Of a DNA stretch of 64,000 nucleotides, positions 1 to 11,652 are shown in pieces. The DNA comes from the human T2T-CHM13v2.0 reference genome, Homo sapiens: NCBI RefSeq assembly GCF_009914755.1, contig NC_060929.1; one strand, written 5' to 3'. The notes under the pieces are model-generated. The model was not told the DNA's origin, did no database searches, and saw only the letters and a list, made by a program, of their open reading frames with translations. A program made the translations under genes and the position numbers. Position 1 is the first letter of the stretch; each line of letters begins with the position of its first letter.

Positions 1-54
1 TGGAAACACTCTGTTTGTAAAGTCTGCACGTGGATAATTTGACCACTTAGAGGC

Positions 55-71
55 CTTCGTTGGAAACGGGT
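55..71 (+). promoter_or_regulatory. CENP-B box (first of roughly 188, one per 340-bp dimer)
   Basis: CTTCGTTGGAAACGGGT matches the 17-bp CENP-B box YTTCGTTGGAARCGGGA, with all 9 core bases (TTCG....A..CGGG) present. Repeats at 395, 735, 1075 and onward. Ends in GGGT in the P/Q/T dimers and GGGA in the R/S dimers. Confidence 0.97.
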
Positions 72-96
72 TTTTTTCATGTAAGGCTAGACAGAA

Positions 97-776
97 GAAT
101 TCTCAGTAACTTCCTTGTGTTGTGTGTATGCAACTCACAGAGTTGAACGATCCTTTACACAGAGCAGACTTGTAACACTCTTTTTGTGGAATTTGCAAGT
201 GGAGATTTCAGCCGCTTTGAAGTCAAAGGTAGAAAAGGAAATATCTTCCTATAAAAACTAGACAGAATGATTCTCAGAAACTCCTTTGTGATGTGTGTGT
301 TCAACTCACAGAGTTTAACCTTTCTTTTCATAGAGCAGTTAGGAATCACTCTGTTTGTAAAGTCTGCAAGTGGATATTCAGACCTCTTTGAGGCCTTCGT
401 TGGAAACGGGTTTTTTTCATATAAGGCTAGACAGAAGAATTCCCAGTAACTTCCTTGTGTTGTGTGTGTTCAACTCACAGAGTTGAACTTTCATTTACAC
501 AGAGCAGATTTGAAACACTCTTTTTGTGGAATTTGCAAATGGAGATTTCAAGCGCTTTGAGGCCAAAGGCAGAAAAGGAAATATCTTTGTATAAAAACTA
601 GACAGAATCATTCTCAGAAACTGCTCTGCGATGTGTGCGTTCAACTCTCAGAGTTTAACTTTGCTTTTCATTCAGCAGTTTGGAAACACTCTGTTTGTAA
701 AGTCTGCACGTGGATAATTTGACCACTTAGAGGCCTTCGTTGGAAACGGGTTTTTTTCATGTAAGGCTAGACAGAA
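97..776 (+). repeat. 680-bp 4-mer sub-unit (dimers P+Q), the expandable module of the HOR
   Basis: P (97-436: GAACGATCC, GACTTGTAA, GAAGTCAAAGGT, CATATAAGG) is followed by Q (437-776: GAACTTTCATT, GCCAAAGGC, CTGCTCTGCG, GCACGTGG, CATGTAAGG). The ORF track recurs at 680-bp spacing (155, 835; 8991, 9671, 10351, 11031). Confidence 0.93.
222..240 (+). promoter_or_regulatory. A-box (pJalpha-like) position of the A-type monomer, repeated once per dimer
   Basis: GTCAAAGGTAGAAAAGGAA (variants GCCAAAGGCAGAAAAGGAA, GTCAATGGTAGAAAAGGAA) occupies the position homologous to the CENP-B box, ~170 bp away. It resembles the A-type motif CTAYGGTGRAAAAGGAA. Confidence 0.65.
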
Positions 777-1456
777 GAATTCTCAGTAACTTCCTTGTGT
801 TGTGTGTATTCAACTCACACAGTTGAACGATCCTTTACACAGAGCAGACTTGTAACACTCTTTTTGTGGAATTTGCAAGTGGAGATTTCAGCCGCTTTGA
901 AGTCAAAGGTAGAAAAGGAAATATCTTCCTATAAAAACTAGACAGAATGATTCTCAGAAACTCCTTTGTGATGTGTGCGTTCAACTCACAGAGTTTAACC
1001 TTTCTTTTCATAGAGCAGTTAGGAAACACTCTGTTTGTAAAGTCTCTAAGTGGATATTCAGACCTCTTTGAGGCCTTCGTTGGAAACGGGTTTTTTTCAT
1101 ATAAGGCTAGACAGAAGAATTCCCAGTAACTTCCTTGTGTTGTGTGTGTTCAACTCACAGAGTTGAACTTTGATTTACACAGAGCAGATTTGAAACACTC
1201 TTTTTGTGGAATTTGCAAGTGGAGATTTCAAGCGCTTTGAGGCCAAAGGCAGAAAAGGAAATATCTTCGTATAAAAACTAGACAGAATCATTCTCAGAAA
1301 CTGCTCTGCGATGTGTGCGTTCAACTCTCAGAGTTTAACTTTTCTTTTCATTCAGCAGTTTGGAAACACTCTGTTTGTAAAGTCTGCACGTGGATATTTT
1401 GACCACTTAGAGGCCTTCGTTGGAAACGGGTTTTTTTCCTGTAAGGCTAGACAGAA

Positions 1457-3155
1457 GAATTCCCAGTAACTTCCTTGTGTTGTGTACATTCAACTCACAG
1501 AGTTGAACGTTCCCTTAGACAGAGCAGATTTGAAACACTCTTTTTGTGCAATTGGCAAGTGGAGATTTCAAGCGCTTTAAGGTCAATGGCAGAAAAGGAA
1601 ATATCTTCGTTTCAAAACTAGACAGAATCATTCCCACAAACTGCGTTGTGATGTGTTCGTTCATCTCACAGAGTTTAACCTTTCTTTTCGTAGAGCAGTT
1701 AGGAAACAGTCTGTTTGTAAATTCTGTAAGTGGATATTCTGACATCTTGTGGCCTTCGTTGGAAACGGGATTTCTTCATATTCTGCTAGACAGAAGAATT
1801 CTCAGAATCTTCCTTGTGTTGTGTGTATTCAACTCACACAGTTGAACGATACTTTACACAGAGCAGACTTGAAACGCTCTTTTTGTGGAATTTGCAAGTG
1901 GAGATTTCAGCCGCGTTGAGGTCAATGGTAGAAAAGGAAATATCTTCGTATAAAAACTAGACAGAATGATTCTCAGAAACTCCTTTGTGATGTGTGTGTT
2001 CAACTCACAGAGTTTAACCTTTCTTTTCATAGAGCAGTTAGGAATCACTCTGTTTGTAAAGTCTGCAAGTGGATATTCAGACCTCTTTGAGGCCTTCGTT
2101 GGAAACGGGTTTTTTTCATATAAGGCTAGACAGAAGAATTCCCAGTAACTTCCTTGTGTTGTGTGTGTTCAACTCACAGAGTTGAACTTTCATTTACACA
2201 GAGCAGATTTGAAACACTCTTTTTGTGGAATTTGCAAATGGAGATTTCAAGCGCTTTGAGGCCAAAGGCAGAAAAGGAAATATCTTCGTATAAAAACTAG
2301 ACAGAATCATTCTCAGAAACTGCTCTGCGATGTGTGCGTTCAACTCTCAGAGTTTAACTTTGCTTTTCATTCAGCAGTTTGGAAACACTCTGTTTGTAAA
2401 GTCTGCACGTGGATAATTTGACCACTTAGAGGCCTTCGTTGGAAACGGGTTTTTTTCATGTAAGGCTAGACAGAAGAATTCTCAGTAACTTCCTTGTGTT
2501 GTGTGTATTCAACTCACAGAGTTGAACGATCCTTTACACAGAGCAGACTTGTAACACTCTTTTTGTGGAATTTGCAAGTGGAGATTTCAGCCGCTTTGAA
2601 GTCAAAGGTAGAAAAGGAAATATCTTCCTATAAAAACTAGACAGAATGATTCTCAGAAACTCCTTTGTGATGTGTGCGTTCAACTCACAGAGTTTAACCT
2701 TTCTTTTCATAGAGCAGTTAGGAAACACTCTGTTTGTAAAGTCTCCAAGTGGATATTCAGACCTCTTTGAGGCCTTCGTTGGAAACGGGTTTTTTTCATA
2801 TAAGGCTAGACAGAAGAATTCCCAGTAACTTCCTTGTGTTGTGTGTGTTCAACTCACAGAGTTGAACTTTGATTTACACAGAGCAGATTTGAAACACTCT
2901 TTTTGTGGAATTTGCAAGTGGAGATTTCAAGCGCTTTGAGGCCAAAGGCAGAAAAGGAAATATCTTCGTATAAAAACTAGACAGAATCATTCTCAGAAAC
3001 TGCTCTGCGATGTGTGCGTTCAACTCTCAGAGTTTAACTTTTCTTTTCATTCAGCAGTTTGGAAACACTCTGTTTGTAAAGTCTGCACGTGGATATTTTG
3101 ACCACTTAGAGGCCTTCGTTGGAAACGGGTTTTTTTCCTGTAAGGCTAGACAGAA
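1457..3155 (+). repeat. 10-mer HOR variant (1699 bp), copy 1
   Basis: Distance between marker R dimers (GTTCCCTTAGAC...GCAATTGGC...CCCACAAACTGCG; marker ORFs 1515 and 3214) is 1699 bp. It contains an S/T hybrid dimer at 1796. Confidence 0.9.
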
Positions 3156-5874
3156 GAATTCCCAGTAACTTCCTTGTGTTGTGTACATTCAACTCACAGA
3201 GTTGAACGTTCCCTTAGACAGAGCAGATTTGAAACACTCCTTTTGTGCAATTGGCAAGTGGAGATTTCAAGCGCTTTAAGGTCAATGGCAGAAAAGGAAA
3301 TATCTTCGTTTCAAAACTAGACAGAATCATTCCCACAAACTGCGTTGTGATGTGTTCGTTCATCTCACAGAGTTTAACCTTTCTTTTCGTAGAGCAGTTA
3401 GGAAACAGTCTGTTTGTAAATTCTGTAAGTGGATATTCTGACATCTTGTGGCCTTCGTTGGAAACGGGATTTCTTCATATTCTGCTAGACAGAAGAATTC
3501 TCAGAATCTTCCTTGTGTTGTGTGTATTCAACTCACACAGTTGAACGACTGTTTACACAGAGCAGATGTGAAACACTCTTTTTGTGGAATTTGCAAGTGG
3601 AGATTTCAGCCGCTTTGAGGTCAATGGTAGAAAAGGAAATATCTTCGTATAAAAACTAGACAGAATGATTCTCAGAAACTTCTTTGTGATGTGTGCGTTC
3701 AACTCACAGAGTTTAACCTTTCTTTTCATAGAGCAGTTAGGAAACACTCTGTTTGTAAACTCTGCAAGTGGATATTCAGACCTCTTTGAGGCCTTCGTTG
3801 GAAACGGGATTTCTTCATACTGTGCTAGACAGAAGAATTCTCAGTAACTTCCTTGTGTTGTGTGTATTCAACTCACAGAGTTGAACGATCCTTTACACAG
3901 AGCAGACTTGAAACACTCTTTTTGTGGAATTTGCAAGTGGAGATTTCAGCCGCGTTGGGGTCAATCGTAGAAAAGGAAATATCTTCGTATAAAAACTAGA
4001 CAGAATGATTCTCAGAAACTCCTTTGTGATGTGTGTGTTCAACTCACAGAGTTTAACATTTCTTTTCATAGAGCAGTTAGGAAACACTCTGTTTGTAAAG
4101 TCTGCAAGTGGATATTCAGACCTCTTTGAGGCCTTCGTTGGAAACGGGTTTTTTTCATATAAGGCTAGACAGAAGAATTCCCAGTAACTTCCTTGTGTTG
4201 TGTGTGTTCAACTCACAGAGTTGAACTTTCATTTACACAGAGCAGATTTGAAACACTCTTTTTGTGGAATTTGCAAATGGAGATTTCAAGCGCTTTGAGG
4301 CCAAAGGCAGAAAAGGAAATATCTTCGTATAAAAACTAGACAGAATCATTCTCAGAAACTGCTCTGCGATGTGTGCGTTCAACTCTCAGAGTTTAACTTT
4401 GCTTTTCATTCAGCAGTTTGGAAACACTCTGTTTGTAAAGTCTGCACGTGGATAATTAGACCACTTAGAGGCCTTCGTTGGAAACGGGTTTTTTTCATGT
4501 AAGGCTAGACAGAAGAATTCTCAGTAACTTCCTTGTGTTGTGTGTATTCAACTCACACAGTTGAACGATCCTTTACACAGAGCAGACTTGTAACACTCTT
4601 TTTGTGGAATTTGCAAGTGGAGATTTCAGCCGCTTTGAAGTCAAAGGTAGAAAAGGAAATATCTTCCTATAAAAACTAGACAGAATGATTCTCAGAAACT
4701 CCTTTGTGATGTGTGCTTTCAACTCACAGAGTTTAACCTTTCTTTTCATAGAGCAGTTAGGAAACACTCTGTTTGTAAAGTCTGCAAGTGGATATTCAGA
4801 CCTCTTTGAGGCCTTCGTTGGAAACGGGTTTTTTTCATATAAGGCTAGACAGAAGAATTCCCAGTAACTTCCTTGTGTTGTGTGTGTTCAACTCACAGAG
4901 TTGAACTTTCATTTACACAGAGCAGATTTGAAACACTCTTTTTGTGGAATTTGCAAATGGAGATTTCAAGCGCTTTGAGGCCAAAGGCAGAAAAGGAAAT
5001 ATCTTTGTATAAAAACTAGACAGAATCATTCTCAGAAACTGCTCTGCGATGTGTGCGTTCAACTCTCAGAGTTTAACTTTGCTTTTCATTCAGCAGTTTG
5101 GAAACACTCTGTTTGTAAAGTCTGCACGTGGATAATTTGACCACTTAGAGGCCTTCGTTGGAAACGGGTTTTTTTCATGTAAGGCTAGACAGAAGAATTC
5201 TCAGTAACTTCCTTGTGTTGTGTGTATTCAACTCACACAGTTGAACGATCCTTTACACAGAGCAGACTTGTAACACTCTTTTTGTGGAATTTGCAAGTGG
5301 AGATTTCAGCCGCTTTGAAGTCAAAGGTAGAAAAGGAAATATCTTCCTATAAAAACTAGACAGAATGATTCTCAGAAACTCCTTTGTGATGTGTGCGTTC
5401 AACTCACAGAGTTTAACCTTTCTTTTCATAGAGCAGTTAGGAAACACTCTGTTTGTAAAGTCTCTAAGTGGATATTCAGACCTCTTTGAGGCCTTCGTTG
5501 GAAACGGGTTTTTTTCATATAAGGCTAGACAGAAGAATTCCCAGTAACTTCCTTGTGTTGTGTGTGTTCAACTCACAGAGTTGAACTTTGATTTACACAG
5601 AGCAGATTTGAAACACTCTTTTTGTGGAATTTGCAAGTGGAGATTTCAAGCGCTTTGAGGCCAAAGGCAGAAAAGGAAATATCTTCGTATAAAAACTAGA
5701 CAGAATCATTCTCAGAAACTGCTCTGCGATGTGTGCGTTCAACTCTCAGAGTTTAACTTTTCTTTTCATTCAGCAGTTTGGAAACACTCTGTTTGTAAAG
5801 TCTGCACGTGGATATTTTGACCACTTAGAGGCCTTCGTTGGAAACGGGTTTTTTTCCTGTAAGGCTAGACAGAA
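3156..5874 (+). repeat. 16-mer HOR variant (2719 bp)
   Basis: Marker spacing 3214 to 5933 = 2719 bp, i.e. a 12-mer plus one 680-bp unit. Confidence 0.9.
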
Positions 5875-7573
5875 GAATTCCCAGTAACTTCCTTGTGTTG
5901 TGTACATTCAACTCACAGAGTTGAACGTTCCCTTAGACAGAGCAGATTTGAAACACTCTTTTTGTGCAATTGGCAAGTGGAGATTTCAAGCGCTTTAAGG
6001 TCAATGGCAGAAAAGGAAATATCTTCGTTTCAAAACTAGACAGAATCATTCCCACAAACTGCGTTGTGATGTGTTCGTTCATCTCACAGAGTTTAACCTT
6101 TCTTTTCGTAGAGCAGTTAGGAAACAGTCTGTTTGTAAATTCTGTAAGTGGATATTCTGACATCTTGTGGCCTTCGTTGGAAACGGGATTTCTTCATATT
6201 CTGCTAGACAGAAGAATTCTCAGAATCTTCCTTGTGTTGTGTGTATTCAACTCACACAGTTGAACGATACTTTACACAGAGCAGACTTGAAACGCTCTTT
6301 TTGTGGAATTTGCAAGTGGAGATTTCAGCCGCGTTGAGGTCAATGGTAGAAAAGGAAATATCTTCGTATAAAAACTAGACAGAATGATTCTCAGAAACTC
6401 CTTTGTGATGTGTGTGTTCAACTCACAGAGTTTAACCTTTCTTTTCATAGAGCAGTTAGGAATCACTCTGTTTGTAAAGTCTGCAAGTGGATATTCAGAC
6501 CTCTTTGAGGCCTTCGTTGGAAACGGGTTTTTTTCATATAAGGCTAGACAGAAGAATTCCCAGTAACTTCCTTGTGTTGTGTGTGTTCAACTCACAGAGT
6601 TGAACTTTCATTTACACAGAGCAGATTTGAAACACTCTTTTTGTGGAATTTGCAAATGGAGATTTCAAGCGCTTTGAGGCCAAAGGCAGAAAAGGAAATA
6701 TCTTCGTATAAAAACTAGACAGAATCATTCTCAGAAACTGCTCTGCGATGTGTGCGTTCAACTCTCAGAGTTTAACTTTTCTTTTCATTCAGCAGTTTGG
6801 AAACACTCTGTTTGTAAAGTCTGCACGTGGATAATTTGACCACTTAGAGGCCTTCGTTGGAAACGGGTTTTTTTCATGTAAGGCTAGACAGAAGAATTCT
6901 CAGTAACTTCCTTGTGTTGTGTGTATTCAACTCACAGAGTTGAACGATCCTTTACACAGAGCAGACTTGTAACACTCTTTTTGTGGAATTTGCAAGTGGA
7001 GATTTCAGCCGCTTTGAAGTCAAAGGTAGAAAAGGAAATATCTTCCTATAAAAACTAGACAGAATGATTCTCAGAAACTCCTTTGTGATGTGTGCGTTCA
7101 ACTCACAGAGTTTAACCTTTCTTTTCATAGAGCAGTTAGGAAACACTCTGTTTGTAAAGTCTCCAAGTGGATATTCAGACCTCTTTGAGGCCTTCGTTGG
7201 AAACGGGTTTTTTTCATATAAGGCTAGACAGAAGAATTCCCAGTAACTTCCTTGTGTTGTGTGTGTTCAACTCACAGAGTTGAACTTTGATTTACACAGA
7301 GCAGATTTGAAACACTCTTTTTGTGGAATTTGCAAGTGGAGATTTCAAGCGCTTTGAGGCCAAAGGCAGAAAAGGAAATATCTTCGTATAAAAACTAGAC
7401 AGAATCATTCTCAGAAACTGCTCTGCGATGTGTGCGTTCAACTCTCAGAGTTTAACTTTTCTTTTCATTCAGCAGTTTGGAAACACTCTGTTTGTAAAGT
7501 CTGCACGTGGATATTTTGACCACTTAGAGGCCTTCGTTGGAAACGGGTTTTTTTCCTGTAAGGCTAGACAGAA
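5875..7573 (+). repeat. 10-mer HOR variant (1699 bp), copy 2
   Basis: Marker spacing 5933 to 7632; same GAACGATACTTT junction as copy 1. Confidence 0.9.
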
Positions 7574-10500
7574 GAATTCCCAGTAACTTCCTTGTGTTGT
7601 GTACATTCAACTCACAGAGTTGAACGTTCCCTTAGACAGAGCAGATTTGAAACACTCCTTTTGTGCAATTGGCAAGTGGAGATTTCAAGCGCTTTAAGGT
7701 CAATGGCAGAAAAGGAAATATCTTCGTTTCAAAACTAGACAGAATCATTCCCACAAACTGCGTTGTGATGTGTTCGTTCATCTCACAGAGTTTAACCTTT
7801 CTTTTCGTAGAGCAGTTAGGAAACAGTCTGTTTGTAAATTCTGTAAGTGGATATTCTGACATCTTGTGGCCTTCGTTGGAAACGGGATTTCTTCATATTC
7901 TGCTAGACAGAAGAATTCTCAGAATCTTCCTTGTGTTGTGTGTATTCAACTCACACAGTTGAACGACTGTTTACACAGAGCAGATGTGAAACACTCTTTT
8001 TGTGGAATTTGCAAGTGGAGATTTCAGCCGCTTTGAGGTCAATGGTAGAAAAGGAAATATCTTCGTATAAAAACTAGACAGAATGATTCTCAGAAACTTC
8101 TTTGTGATGTGTGCGTTCAACTCACAGAGTTTAACCTTTCTTTTCATAGAGCAGTTAGGAAACACTCTGTTTGTAAACTCTGCAAGTGGATATTCAGACC
8201 TCTTTGAGGCCTTCGTTGGAAACGGGATTTCTTCATACTGTGCTAGACAGAAGAATTCTCAGTAACTTCCTTGTGTTGTGTGTATTCAACTCACAGAGTT
8301 GAACGATCCTTTACACAGAGCAGACTTGAAACACTCTTTTTGTGGAATTTGCAAGTGGAGATTTCAGCCGCGTTGGGGTCAATCGTAGAAAAGGAAATAT
8401 CTTCGTATAAAAACTAGACAGAATGATTCTCAGAAACTCCTTTGTGATGTGTGTGTTCAACTCACAGAGTTTAACATTTCTTTTCATAGAGCAGTTAGGA
8501 AACACTCTGTTTGTAAAGTCTGCAAGTGGATATTCAGACCTCTTTGAGGCCTTCGTTGGAAACGGGTTTTTTTCATATAAGGCTAGACAGAAGAATTCCC
8601 AGTAACTTCCTTGTGTTGTGTGTGTTCAACTCACAGAGTTGAACTTTCATTTACACAGAGCAGATTTGAAACACTCTTTTTGTGGAATTTGCAAATGGAG
8701 ATTTCAAGCGCTTTGAGGCCAAAGGCAGAAAAGGAAATATCTTCGTATAAAAACTAGACAGAATCCTTCTCAGAAACTGCTCTGCGATGTGTGCGTTCAA
8801 CTCTCAGAGTTTAACTTTGCTTTTCATTCAGCAGTTTGGAAACACTCTGTTTGTAAAGTCTGCACGTGGATAATTAGACCACTTAGAGGCCTTCGTTGGA
8901 AACGGGTTTTTTTCATGTAAGGCTAGACAGAAGAATTCTCAGTAACTTCCTTGTGTTGTGTGTATTCAACTCACACAGTTGAACGATCCTTTACACAGAG
9001 CAGACTTGTAACACTCTTTTTGTGGAATTTGCAAGTGGATATTTCAGCCGCTTTGAAGTCAAAGGTAGAAAAGGAAATATCTTCCTATAAAAACTAGACA
9101 GAATGATTCTCAGAAACTCCTTTGTGATGTGTGCTTTCAACTCACAGAGTTTAACCTTTCTTTTCATAGAGCAGTTAGGAAACACTCTGTTTGTAAAGTC
9201 TGCAAGTGGATATTCAGACCTCTTTGAGGCCTTCGTTGGAAACGGGTTTTTTTCATATAAGGCTAGACAGAAGAATTCCCAGTAACTTCCTTGTGTTGTG
9301 TGTGTTCAACTCACAGAGTTGAACTTTCATTTACACAGAGCAGATTTGAAACACTCTTTTTGTGGAATTTGCAAATGGAGATTTCAAGCGCTTTCAGGCC
9401 AAAGGCAGAAAAGGAAATATCTTCGTATAAAAACTAGACAGAATCATTCTCAGAAACTGCTCTGTGATGTGTGCGTTCAACTCTCAGAGTTTAACTTTGC
9501 TTTTCATTCAGCAGTTTGGAAACACTCTGTTTGTAAAGTCTGCACGTGGATAATTTGACCACTTAGAGGCCTTCGTTGGAAACGGGTTTTTTTCATGTAA
9601 GGCTAGACAGAAGAATTCTCAGTAACTTCCTTGTGTTGTGTGTATTCAACTCACACAGTTGAACGATCCTTTACACAGAGCAGACTTGTAACACTCTTTT
9701 TGTGGAATTTGCAAGTGGAGATTTCAGCCGCTTTGAAGTCAAAGGTAGAAAAGGAAATATCTTCCTATAAAAACTAGACAGAATGATTCTCAGAAACTCC
9801 TTTGTGATGTGTGCGTTCAACTCACAGAGTTTAACCTTTCTTTTCATAGAGCAGTTAGGAAACACTCTGTTTGTAAAGTCTCCAAGTGGATATTCAGACC
9901 TCTTTGAGGCCTTCGTTGGAAACGGGTTTTTTTCATATAAGGCTAGACAGAAGAATTCCCAGTAACTTCCTTGTGTTGTGTGTGTTCAACTCACAGAGTT
10001 GAACTTTGATTTACACAGAGCAGATTTGAAACACTCTTTTTGTGGAATTTGCAAGTGGAGATTTCAAGCGCTTTGAGGCCAAAGGCAGAAAAGGAAATAT
10101 CTTCGTATAAAAACTAGACAGAATCATTCTCAGAAACTGCTCTGCGATGTGTGCGTTCAACTCTCAGAGTTTAACTTTTCTTCTCATTCAGCAGTTTGGA
10201 AACACTCTGTTTGTAAAGTCTGCACGTGGATAATTTGACCACTTAGAGGCCTTCGTTGGAAACGGGTTTTTTTCATGTAAGGCTAGACAGAAGAATTCTC
10301 AGTAACTTCCTTGTGTTGTGTGTATTCAACTCACAGAGTTGAACGATCCTTTACACAGAGCAGACTTGTAACACTCTTTTTGTGGAATTTGCAAGTGGAG
10401 ATTTCAGCCGCTTTGAAGTCAAAGGTAGAAAAGGAAATATCTTCCTATAAAAACTAGACAGAATGATTCTCAGAAACTCCTTTGTGATGTGTGTGTTCAA

Positions 10501-11652
10501 CTCACAGAGTTTAACCTTTCTTTTCATAGAGCAGTTAGGAATCACTCTGTTTGTAAAGTCTGCAAGTGGATATTCAGACCTCTTTGAGGCCTTCGTTGGA
10601 AACGGGTTTTTTTCATATAAGGCTAGACAGAAGAATTCCCAGTAACTTCCTTGTGTTGTGTGTGTTCAACTCACAGAGTTGAACTTTCATTTACACAGAG
10701 CAGATTTGAAACACTCTTTTTGTGGAATTTGCAAATGGAGATTTCAAGCGCTTTGAGGCCAAAGGCAGAAAAGGAAATATCTTTCTATAAAAACTAGACA
10801 GAATCATTCTCAGAAACTGCTCTGCGATGTGTGCGTTCAACTCTCAGAGTTTAACTTTTCTTTTCATTCAGCAGTTTGGAAACACTCTGTTTGTAAAGTC
10901 TGCACGTGGATAATTTGACCACTTAGAGGCCTTCGTTGGAAACGGGTTTTTTTCATGTAAGGCTAGACAGAAGAATTCTCAGTAACTTCCTTGTGTTGTG
11001 TGTATTCAACTCACAGAGTTGAACGATCCTTTACACAGAGCAGACTTGTAACACTCTTTTTGTGGAATTTCCAAGTGGAGATTTCAGCCGCTTTGAAGTC
11101 AAAGGTAGAAAAGGAAATATCTTCCTATAAAAACTAGACAGAATGATTCTCAGAAACTCCTTTGTGATGTGTGCGTTCAACTCACAGAGTTTAACCTTTC
11201 TTTTCATAGAGCAGTTAGGAAACACTCTGTTTGTAAAGTCTCCAAGTGGATATTCAGACCTCTTTGAGGCCTTCATTGGAAACGGGTTTTATTCATATAA
11301 GGCTAGACAGAAGAATTCCCAGTAACTTCCTTGTGTTGTGTGTGTTCAACTCACAGAGTTGAACTTTGATTTACACAGAGCAGATTTGAAACACTCTTTT
11401 TGTGGAATTTGCAAGTGGAAATTTCAAGCGCTTTGAGGCCAAAGGCAGAAAAGGAAATATCTTCGTATAAAAACTAGACAGAATCATTCTCACAAACTGC
11501 TCTGCGATGTGTGCGTTCAACTCTCAGAGTTTAACTTTTCTTTTCATTCAGCAGTTTGGAAACACTCTGTTTGTAAAGTCTGCACGTGGATATTTTGACC
11601 ACTTAGAGGCCTTCGTTGGAAACGGGTTTTTTTCCTGTAAGGCTAGACAGAA
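7574..11652 (+). repeat. 24-mer HOR variant (4079 bp)
   Basis: Marker spacing 7632 to 11711 = 4079 bp = 2039 + 3x680. Confidence 0.9.

Noticed and set aside
27-32. E-box CACGTG in every Q dimer
   Set aside because: It is a 6-bp palindrome carried passively in the monomer; nothing in the sequence supports bHLH binding or function.
71-130. T7 tracts and short TG runs as terminators or microsatellites
   Set aside because: They are fixed-length parts of the monomer with no hairpin-U-tract structure or length variation.
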